This document shows, one piece after another, positions 13,761 through 23,580 of a stretch of 64,000 bases of DNA (position 1 is the stretch's first letter; the number at the start of each line of letters is the position of its first letter). The position numbers and the translations under genes are program-made. Under the pieces are notes generated by a model. The model searched no databases and had not been told where the DNA came from. It saw nothing but the letters and a program-made list of their open reading frames with translations. Origin of the DNA: Rhina ancylostomus (taxonomy: Eukaryota); NCBI GenBank assembly GCA_030265395.1, contig JARFYF010000063.1, forward strand, positions 86,478,924-86,542,923, written 5' to 3'.

Positions 13761-14234
13761 TTCAAAGATCATAAATCTTTATTGTATCCATTCTAACTAA
13801 TTATAACCTGATAATTAGAAATGACTGAGACAAATCCAGAGAGGCCAATGCATTTATTTCAAAACTCTCTCTGGATCCTGGAGGAAAGTGCTGATAGTAG
13901 TCAGCTGGTTGGAGATGAAATTAGATGGCAGGTGGGGAATCAAAGCAAGAGTTGAGAAGATGATTGGATTTCCATTTGATCCTATGTAAATCAGTGATGG
14001 TTGCAGGTTTATGCATGAAGAAAGTCCACAGACACAAGAGTCTTACAAAGTATGTGGAATGTAGTCTTGTGCGTACGATCTGACTTAAGGGGCAAAGAAA
14101 TGTAAGAGTAAGAAAGGAGAAAAATTAGGTAGAAATAATATCTGAAATTTATTACATTTCCTTAAGACTTCTTTTGGAAGCAAAAGGGATCTGATGTCTG
14201 CCTTCCTCTAATTCTGGAATCTTTCCATCCCCAA

Positions 14235-14440
14235 TTTTTATTGCTCCACTATTGGCAGTCTAACTGCCACACTCTGGTATTCCCTTAAGAAACCTCATTC
14301 TCTACAAAAGGTGACTTTCACCTGTTCTATTATCTCCTTATGTGGCTTTTATCAAAATTTGTTTTATAACACTCCTGTGAAGTCCTTTTGGTATGCTGTA
14401 CAATACTGAAAGTGTTTTAAAAATACAAGTTGTTATTGAT
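14235..14440 (+). mobile_element. L2-type LINE 3' end
   Basis: aaaatttgttttataacactcctgtgaag..aaatacaagttgttattg; reverse-complement similarity to 33208-33600. Confidence 0.55.
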
Positions 14441-15231
14441 ATTGTTACCCTACCACACAAATTATTAATTTGATCATTTTAGAGCATTAAGTACATGCTT
14501 GAAAATGGGGTACCAAACATTTATCTATTTAGTTGTGTGTAATTTTATATAGTTGGGACTTTATTATTNNNNNNNNNNNNNCTTTCCAGATTGACAACCT
14601 TGTTTGCCTACTTAAGAGTGACTAATGTCAGAAGTAATCTATTGGTTGTCGAGTGTTTATGGTACCTGAGGATACAACTAACTGCTGTGTAAATACAAGT
14701 TCCCCCTTTTGGGAAATTTGTTACTTTTTGCACCTGGACCCACACGGACCAAATCTGTACTTCACATAGCAAGATCAAAATGACCTTACATAAGTGGCTA
14801 ATATAGAACCAGAAGACTTAAGATGTATCTCAAAACTCTTTCTTGATCCTGGTGTCGGGTGCTGTCAGCATTTTACATGCATAGAGACCTCTGTATGTCA
14901 TTGATTCGCTTCATTCTGATTTATTTGCTGCTTGGATCAACCACAATTTTATTCAGCAGCCCTCTAATGTTCAAAAAATGTGAAATTGAAGCAAATTGAT
15001 TCCTCACTAGGAAAAATATAACACTTGATTACTTTATGAAATCTAAATTGTCTTTGCCAGCTTTAATTTCCCCCAAAAATTAGCAGCAAAGGCTTATTTG
15101 GTGTATGAACAATAATGTGATCTATGAAATTTTTCTTTTGCCAACATTTCAGTTTCACGTGTCTGTAACTACACCTTAAGTACTGGAATAACTATTTTAC
15201 AGTCACTGGATTATTGTTCAATTATCAATAT

Positions 15232-15647
15232 TTTATTCATTAGGTAAAGGTCATGATTTTATGCTGTTTCTTTATTAGAGTGGGACCACACAGTGCTGAA
15301 GCTGCCCCAGTATCTTGTAAGGAATCATTAGATGCCTGAGTATTTTGATTTGTACTGATTAGTTGCAATCCTTGCAGAAGATGCTCCTGTCTCCAAAGGT
15401 TATCTTGAAAAGCTGGAGTTTAAAATACTTATTGAATGCAAGCAGTCTTTATGTCATTAGACCAATAACTCAGCAGTTAAATTTTGATCAATTTTATTCT
15501 GCAGAAAGACCACTTTTTTCTCATTGACAAGTATGGAGTGGAAAAAAAAGTAACTGTATTTTAAAATGCTGAATACAATTAACATTTGGTCAAGGCACAT
15601 ACAAGACTGGCCAAAGGGCTAACAATGCACTTTGGTTTAATTTTATT
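15232..15647 (-). terminator. Cluster of distal AATAAA candidates for FLRT3 (15642, 15493, 15271, 15232)
   Basis: Four + strand TTTATT hexamers 0.65-1.06 kb downstream of the stop; AT-rich background makes chance hits likely. Confidence 0.35.
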
Positions 15648-16155
15648 TTTAAAAAGTACCTTTTCTTGTGGCAATAAAGAAGTCTGTGGCTCCAAGTCTA
15701 AACGTAATAGCAAATAACGTATACCGTAAGCTGGAATGATGTGTTTACAACCACTATCATATTTCTGGTATTGAGTTATTTCTGTGCAACATACTCAGGC
15801 ATGAACAACGTACATAGTTTCCCCTTAAGTCCTGAATTAAAATTGTCTTCAAGTGTACTATTCATCTGCAGGATACCTACCTTCAGTAGCTAGTAAAAGG
15901 ACCTGTGCTTACACTACAAGGTTCTCGTATACACTTTAAAAAGGTCTCTGAATGTTCAGCACTTGTAAGAAAACCACCTTCACAGCTGACAAGCAATCTT
16001 CCATCAATAGAACACGAAATTTAAATTCTCTTAAATCTTTTAAGATTATCAAAGAAAAAATACAAATTACTAGAAGTTACTAAAATATAGAATTGCAATT
16101 GGTGGTCAGGTATCCGTACTGCACAATTCAGCAATAATCACCTGGATTCTGCAAC

Positions 16156-16161
16156 TTTATT
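16156..16161 (-). terminator. Proximal AATAAA polyadenylation signal candidate in the FLRT3 3'UTR
   Basis: + strand TTTATT, about 130 nt downstream of the stop; usage unknown. Confidence 0.3.
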
Positions 16162-16292
16162 GATACAAAGTTCATTAAATATAAATTATATGGCAAATGT
16201 GCAGTCATGTTTCCTCCAGTATTCACAAATCCAGTGTTTCCAAGTAATACAGCCACTTCTGTAGCCCCTTTCAGTTAGCAGTTCTGCAATTA

Positions 16293-18455
16293 TCATGAGT
16301 GTGAGTGATCTGAATCTGGTATTCCACTGTCTCTGTAGCTTCTGTTGCTACTGCTACTTTCACTGTGGTTGTTTTTGTACAAGCTCATCCCATTAGGTGG
16401 AAATATGGTGTGTATTACAAACTCTTCTTTTGCTGCTTGTTCACTGTTCATTGGAATCATCTGAAATGCCGTTTCTCTAATTTCTAAAATCGAGTTATCC
16501 TTCTTGGTCCCAGCCTCTGCATAATCGTCATCCTTCCTTCTCCGCCCTCTGTTATACACACAATTTTTTGAGAAAGGGGTTCCAGTTCTGTGCAAGTAAC
16601 AGCAGACCAGTGCGAGTAAAGCGATTACTATGACTGCCACTGCACCCCCTATGATGCCTGCTAAAGTCAGGCTTGTGTTTCTGTAAAGTTCCTTCTCCTG
16701 CTCCCTGTTAAGGGCGGTCGTAGGGTTGTGTGTCTTCAGAGATGCAGTCTCTGTTTCAGTGCAGACTGGGGTCTCATCTAACAGATACACANNNNNNNNN
16801 NNNNNNNNNNNNNNNNNNNNNNNNNNNNNNNNNNNNNNNNNNNNNNNNNNNNNNNNNNNNNNNNNNNNNNNNNNNNNNNNNNNNNNNNNNNATTGCTGGT
16901 TTCCATGGGAACCATACATATGCGATAGAATGACCCTGGTTCAAGGGCTGTAAGCAAGTATTCACTTCTCTCACTATGCACAATGGTTTCAGTGATAGAT
17001 CCCAATGCAGGATTATGTCCCATCTTAAGCCAACTGAGCCTGAGTGCTGTCATAGGCAGGAATGTCTTCCAGGTAATATGAATTGTATCTACACTCACAG
17101 ATTTCACACTGAGTCGGACAGCTGTGCTCCCAGGAACAGCTGTGGGCTGGTAGTTGTTAACACGGTGTATTTTTTTCCCACCTGGCTGTTTCGTCACGAA
17201 TGAAGGCCATTGTTCCTGCGTGGCCGGGAACACAACTGAAGATGCGGGAGCGCGTGACGTGGAGGTGAGGATAGTTTCTGAGGTGATGTCTTTGCAGCCA
17301 AACATCGTGACTGCTAGGTCCTTAATAGCCATGCCTCTAACTTTTTCAGGTGATTGGCACATTAGTCCACGGGCATTGACCCCGGTCGGAAGTGAGCGAA
17401 GCCAGTCCCGAACCCACCTCATTTTGCAGCCACAGTACCAGGGGTTGTTACGGAGCAACAACTGGGTCAGGTTATTCAGATTATCAAAGATTCCCTGAGG
17501 CAAGTGGGTTAAATTATTATTAGACAAGTCCAACCGATGTAATTGTCTGAGATAGGAAAAGGCATTGGTGGGGATCAAATTAATATGATTTTCTTGAAGG
17601 TGGAGCTTCTGTAAGCTTGTTATGGGTAGAATTGGGGGAGAAGTAAGAACATTGCGCACAAGAGATAACTCTGTAAGGTTCACAAGGTTGNNNNNNNNNN
17701 NNNNNNNNNNNNNNNNNNNNNNNNNNNNNNNNNNNNNNNNNNNNNNNNNNNNNNNNNNNNNNNNNNNNNNNNNNNNNNNNNNNNNNNNNNTTGTTGAAAA
17801 CCTTATCTTGCAGCCCTTGATTGCTCAGTAAGTTCCCATCTAACACCAGACGTTTCAGGCCAGTGAGCTGTCTAAGGGCATCGTCCGAAATGGTGGCAAT
17901 ACGATTGTCATCCAGTCTTAGCTCTTCAATGGTGCTGGGGAGTCCAATCGGTATACTGCTGAGGTGATTCCTTGACAAGAAAATTAATCTCAGATACTTA
18001 CTATCTCGAAAGGCGCCTTCTTCAATACTAACAGCAGATACTGAATTATCATCCAAATGCAGCCTTTCCAAATAGGGTATTTTGGAAAGTGAATCCAAGG
18101 AGATGGCCCTTATATTGTTTTCCTGCAAATGGAGTTCTTTAATGTATTTTGGTATATTGGTGGGAAATTCATCCAGACTATTTCTGTACAGGTAAATAGT
18201 TTCCACCTTCACTAAGTTCAGGAGCTCTCTTGGAATTCCAGCATTTTTAATTTGATTGTTCTGTAGGAAAAGGGTTGTGGAGTCCTCAGGAATTCCGATT
18301 GGTATGGATGTCAGTCCTCTGTCATTGCAGTACACAAAACCTCGATCGCACCGACATACTGAGGGACATGATCCCACAGTGATGGACTGCATCATCAGTC
18401 CCAGAAGTAATCCTGTACCAGCCCACGCAAACAAACTCCAGGCCGTGCTGATCAT
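16293..18455 (-). CDS. FLRT3: Fibronectin leucine-rich transmembrane protein 3 (single coding exon; interrupted in the assembly by N-gaps 16792-16891 and 17691-17790)
   Basis: Three ORF pieces join into signal peptide [37 protein letters not shown], LRRs, [40 protein letters not shown]3 domain, [22 protein letters not shown], and tail [41 protein letters not shown]-terminus and C-terminal DSDHSHS match FLRT3 rather than FLRT1/2 as I recall them. ATG at 18455-18453; stop TGA 16295-16293 followed by TAA. Confidence 0.96.
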
Positions 18456-18500
18456 GTTTAAGGATATTTTTGATTGGCAGGGCATTCAATTGCTTAAAAC

Positions 18501-18520
18501 CTAGAAGATAGAGGAAAGAT
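18501..18520 (-). other. FLRT3: 3' splice acceptor of the FLRT3 coding exon (exon starts at 18500)
   Basis: Minus strand reads atctttcctctatcttctAG|gttttaagc: polypyrimidine tract plus AG, 45 nt upstream of the ATG, as expected for a gene with non-coding 5' exons. Confidence 0.8.
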
Positions 18521-19114
18521 AAATTTTAAGTATAAGCTGAGCTGCAAGAAAATAATATAAGCAGTTCAAAAACATCATTGAATTAAATATCTTTAAAAAT
18601 GCCAGTTATTTCGGGAGAAAAGATACTTAATTTGCTTTGAAATTATTAGGAAGAGACTTGTAACCCGTCAGTTCTTTGGAATAGTTTTTTCTCACCTGTC
18701 TTTAGATCAGAATACCAGGGTTTGAATCATTTCGTAACTTGTGTTGGTTTCCTAAANNNNNNNNNNNNNNNNNNNNNNNNNNNNNNNNNNNNNNNNNNNN
18801 NNNNNNNNNNNNNNNNNNNNNNNNNNNNNNNNNNNNNNNNNNNNNNNNNNNNNNNNACCAGTTGTTTTTATTACAGCTTTGCCTTTGAGTGCCCTCTAAG
18901 GCTGAGTGTCCTGGTCATCTGTGGTTATAGTTTGTTTTGTGCTGATGGTCTCATGAAGCTAAGAGTGTATTTGGTAAAATCAAGAAGGAAAATATGATGT
19001 CAGCCTTGGTCATTGCAAGACATTTGTAACTCTTTAAAGAAAGCAAAGCTCATGCAAGTCTATTCATCTTAGCATGGCCAAGAATTTGGCTTAATATAAA
19101 CTGTATCGCATCCT

Positions 19115-19545
19115 AAAAGAAGGACTTGCATTTCTGCAATTCTTTTCTCAGCATTCCAAAGCACTCAAAGACAATTATAGTAGTGCAAGAAATGCAGGAA
19201 CCAGCTTGCACACAACAAACTCCTGTAGACAGCAATCTGAGAATGACCAGATCATCAGTTTAAAAGTTCTAAGCAAGGGATAATATTCGCCCAAGGCCCT
19301 CAGGATGAGGTTTTCCCCATTTCTTAATTGAGGGGAAAACAGACTGCATTTCCAATAAAGCAGCACTCCCTCAGTAGCTTCATAGGATTAAAGAGCAGTG
19401 AAATAGGCCCTTTGGCCCCACCCATCCATGTGGTCCATAGACAAAAGTGTCTATGTACTGTATTTGAATATTGGCTTGGAGTGATTGTGCTCAAGCAACT
19501 GGAGTTTTGACTTAAACCCACAATCTTCTGACTCGGGCTAGAGCA
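19115..19545 (-). mobile_element. DeuSINE, near full length
   Basis: aaggacttgcattt (tail), ttgcacacaacaaactcc (Deu domain), cagcactccctcagta, aacccacaatcttctgactc (head), all in reverse orientation. Confidence 0.7.
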
Positions 19546-20930
19546 CCATCAAGCAAGTCAGAAATGACACTATTGTCAGATCACCCTGACCCCTGTTGTT
19601 TAATTAACTATATTTTGTNNNNNNNNNNNNNNNNNNNNNNNNNNNNNNNNNNNNNNNNNNNNNNNNNNNNNNNNNNNNNNNNNNNNNNNNNNNNNNNNNN
19701 NNNNNNNNNNNNNNNNNNATGTTACTCATTGCCAGGGTAAATTATTTGCTTGGTAATGATTCATGCCAGCATCCAGAAAAATGTTGTTCCAATTGAAACT
19801 TCAAAGTGAAATAACATAGCCTCTACAAAATACAGTTAACATCATTTTATCGCAGTGTTGCAGTGTTATGTGACTGCTTACAGTTATCAATGCCAGCATT
19901 AAAGGAAATCAACCTTACCACATTTAGTGCATCCCAGAAAATCTTGTGCTTGCCAAAATAATCTCGGAACATGGATTTAACATTTCCAGGTAGTATTTCC
20001 TTTCCTCCTGAATGGTGCTCCAGTTTAACTCCCTCCAGTACAGTGGCTATATTTCCTTTTGTCTTGATGTTTACACAGCCGATTCTGATTTATATTCCAG
20101 ACCACCTGACTTGTCCCCAATCTTTCAGTGAACATGCCAAAAAAATTACAATTGCCAGATCAGCACAAGAAAAAAATCTTCTTTGCTTAAAGAAACTCTA
20201 TCTTCTAGCCACTCTTGTGGAAGTTGTGCTTTGCTTTCTTTGACTCTACACCTTATATTAAAGAGCTGACACATTTAGATCTCTTTTTTGCTATTTTCCA
20301 CAGATGCAGCATGAATTAGCTCTTTCGTGCATTTGGAAAGCTTTTCTCTGTAGTGTGGTGGAGAGCAGTAATGTCAAAGTCTACATTGAAAGAATCACTC
20401 GCATATTGAAGCTTAACCGATGATGTTTTCAATCTTACAGTTGCGCAGGGGGCTGCAAATTTATGGTTGGTCTCAAGTTGTGCACTATACATGCAATCCT
20501 CAGAGGATCAGTGTCCTAAGGGATGATTTCTCTTTTATCTCCTCCTCTCTTTTGGAAAACTTCCAGTTCCTTTAAGGCAAAGCTGTATTCCTGGTTACTG
20601 AGGACGGGGATGGGTCGGATTTTGTCAGCTCCTAATTCCTCCCACCTGGAAATATTTTGCTTTCAAACAAAATGCTGCATCAGATATTTCCCCTTCGTTG
20701 TTGCTGAATTTTCAAGAGAATATTCCTTCTGCTAAACTTGGACCTGTGAACAGAATTGAAAAAGGCAATGGGTCGCAGACTGAAAGCACAATTTTGATAG
20801 AGTTTCAGCTGACGTAATTAAAGCTGAAAGCTGTACTTCAGGCATCAATTACTCCTGGCATTCAATTCTGATAGTGTCAGCGGCTGGATGAAACAGCCTG
20901 ATTACTATATAATGAATATATCTATCTTAC

Positions 20931-21052
20931 CAATATGCTTCAGTTGTGGGGGAATTGTTCATAGCGAGAAATCACCTTTGGCAATTATTTGGCAGATTTA
21001 TTTCTTCTTGGATTCTCTATACGGTGATGGTGGCTTAACAAAATAGTAGTTG
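20931..21052 (-). other. Candidate internal non-coding 5'UTR exon of FLRT3 (122 nt)
   Basis: Minus strand acceptor ttcccctcaaaccgctcattttgacAG|caac and donor attg|GTAAGA, in unique sequence 2.4 kb upstream of the coding exon. Confidence 0.3.
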
Positions 21053-21879
21053 CTGTCAAAATGAGCGGTTTGAGGGGAAAAACGTTTGCATACTTGCCAA
21101 CCCCTGCCCCAACCATTTTATAAATAGCACTGGAGTCATGCAGCAGGCTTTGCATGCTGTTATATCTTGACTCTGACAGCCAGCATGGATGCTTGTATAT
21201 GCTGTTGTTTCGTGATTCTTTCTTGAATACATGGAAGCTGCTTTCATGGTGAAGAGGTAACAATAAAAGAACTTTACGAAAATAAAATATGACTCTGGCT
21301 ATTGCCGCAAGAATTTGAAATGATGGCAGAGTTTTTCTCTTGCATATATAGAATTATGCCCTTTACAGTTAATAATGGTGGTTGGATCTGTGAAAATTCA
21401 TATTGTCCTCTTTCATTGTATTGCTCCAGTTCCTTTCAGTCTGGGCTGGTGAGGTGATATTGGATGAGTTAGGACTCAAATGGAAGTGCTTGAGCATAAA
21501 ATTGCCAATTTTGACCTGCTGCCAGGAAAGCGGGAAGTAAAATGCAGGCCAACTAACAGTGCAAAATGCTGGAGCTGAGAACCATGGTCGGAAATGGGTG
21601 ATTAGAATATTTATAGAAACCATTCAACAACCAAGGGTGGTCTTATCAGGGATGCAAAATAGCACTTCTTACACACAAAAATCATTTTGGCCTAAAACAT
21701 CTACATAATGCCTATTGTGCAATTTCTGAAAGCATTTCAAAAATGCATTATATTTAGGACATACTTTTTTAAATTTATTTGTATATTAGCACCTTTCACA
21801 ACTCCAGCATGCACTGAAGTGCTTTTGACAAATGTCATTGATGTAATGGAGGAGACAGAAAAAACAATTTCTACATAAC

Positions 21880-22430
21880 ATCGTACCACAAATAGCAAAG
21901 GCCAGCAGATCTGTGCAGCTTGTAACATTCATTATGGAATAAATGCAGGAAGGCCATTGAGGAGAGCTCTCTTGCTCTTGAATTTGTGCCATGGGATTAC
22001 TTTATGTGCAAGTGAAAAAAGTAGCCTGATCTTCAGTTAAGATTTCTTCATTAGTCACACGTATATCGAAATGCATCTTTTGCGTAGAGTGTTCTGGGGG
22101 CAGCCCACAAGTGTCGCCGTGCTTCTAGCGCCAACACAGTGTGCCCACAACTTCCTAACCCATTGACCTTTGGAATGTGGGAGGAAACCCACACAGACAC
22201 AGGGAGAATGTACAAACTCCTTACAGACAGTGGCTGGAATTGAACCTGGGTTGCTGGCGCTGTAAAGCATTACGCTAACTGCTGCACTACCATGCCTGTA
22301 TACCATACCAGTATAAGATCACCTCAACAGTGTTGCACTCCCTTCATGCTTCACCAAAGCATCAGCATAGACTTATGTGTTCAAGTCTGTGCTGCAACTG
22401 AACTCGCAACCTTCCACTTTGGCGGTGATA
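21880..22430 (-). mobile_element. DeuSINE split by a V-SINE insertion
   Basis: gtgccatgggat.. on the left continues as caacagtgttgcactccct..tcaagtctg..aactcgcaacctt on the right of the SINE. Confidence 0.55.
22038..22296 (-). mobile_element. tRNA-derived V-SINE, copy 1 of 3 (young family, internally deleted)
   Basis: High similarity to 55481-55771 and 57140-57415; B-box-like ggttcaattcc and V-domain ctgtctgtaaggagtttgtacattctccc. Confidence 0.9.
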
Positions 22431-23177
22431 ATAGTAACTAACTAACTAACTGCAGCATATTTGTACGCAAAAAATACACAAATATTTAGTCTTTTCCTGT
22501 GCATGAGTTAAACACAGAAACATTTTTTTTGTGACTCCAAAATGATACTGCTGGTAAATCAATTACCTTGCCAAGTGGGGGGGAAAAAAAGTCAAATTGC
22601 ATTGTAATCTTGCAACCACATTTTATTTTTTCACTTTGCAATCCCAAGGATGGAAACTGTTGTTGAAATGAGACAAGAAGGAAGAAAGAACAGTACTTAT
22701 TTTTTTCTTCCCTGAATGTCTTCTGTTGTAGGTGTTCAGTATCTCGGTGTTGGCCATTCTTTATCATGTGGGGCAATAGTGCAATCAAGATCAATTCTCA
22801 ACCTCCTTTCTATCAGGGATCGTTGGCTGGTGATCTGGGCAGGAATATATGCCTTGCCTGGTATGGTGACACTCCAACTTCAACAGCTGTAATGCCAGGC
22901 ATGAATGCTCCAGAACTTCAGATGCCAAACCACATAAAGCACGCACTCTCAATCGGGATGTGATGAATGTGTTTTACAAGATTTTAAAAAAAGGCCTCAG
23001 CATTAGTTAATTTTTATTATCTCAGTTAAATTATTTAAGTTCTATCCAGTAATTTTGGGAAAGAATTGACTTTTTGTGGTATATTAGACCATGGGCACAA
23101 GGATCAGTCTGAATTCATGCATGTGCTCGTATATGCTTTGTGTCTAAGTAAAGGCATTATAACTGAAAAACTGAAAG

Positions 23178-23580
23178 AAAACAAGACTTGCATTTGTAGA
23201 GCACCTCTTATGATATCAGGATGTAACAAAGCATCTTTACAGGAAATGGAGTACTTTTGCAGTTGAGCCAAGTGCACGAGATCAAGTAGTCATATTATGC
23301 CCATTGTCAAGAACCACAGTCACCAATGTGATGAAGATTTGAAACCTGTTTTTGGTGAAATTTATTCATGGATAAATATTGACCATAATATTGAGATAAT
23401 GCCTCTGCTCCTTTTTAGAATAGTGCCATGGAACCTTTTGGATCCATCTAGAAGTACAGACATGGTGTTGCATTAACATCTCTCAAAAGTTCCAACCCTC
23501 CTCCATTACTGTTTTGGGAGTGTCCACCTAGATTTCTGTATTTGAGCCTCTTAAGTGGGACTAAAACTGGTGGCTTTGAT
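23178..23580 (-). mobile_element. DeuSINE, degraded
   Basis: aagacttgcatttgtagagcacct tail, ggataaatattgacc, aatagtgccatgg, aagtgggact head in reverse orientation. Confidence 0.65.

Noticed and set aside
17154-17498. 114-aa + strand ORF antisense to FLRT3
   Set aside because: Expected shadow of an open coding frame; no recognisable domain.
16293-18485. FLRT3 as a pseudogene or three-exon CDS
   Set aside because: Frame changes occur only at 100-N gaps, and overlap-joining restores frame and orthologous spacing with no internal stops.
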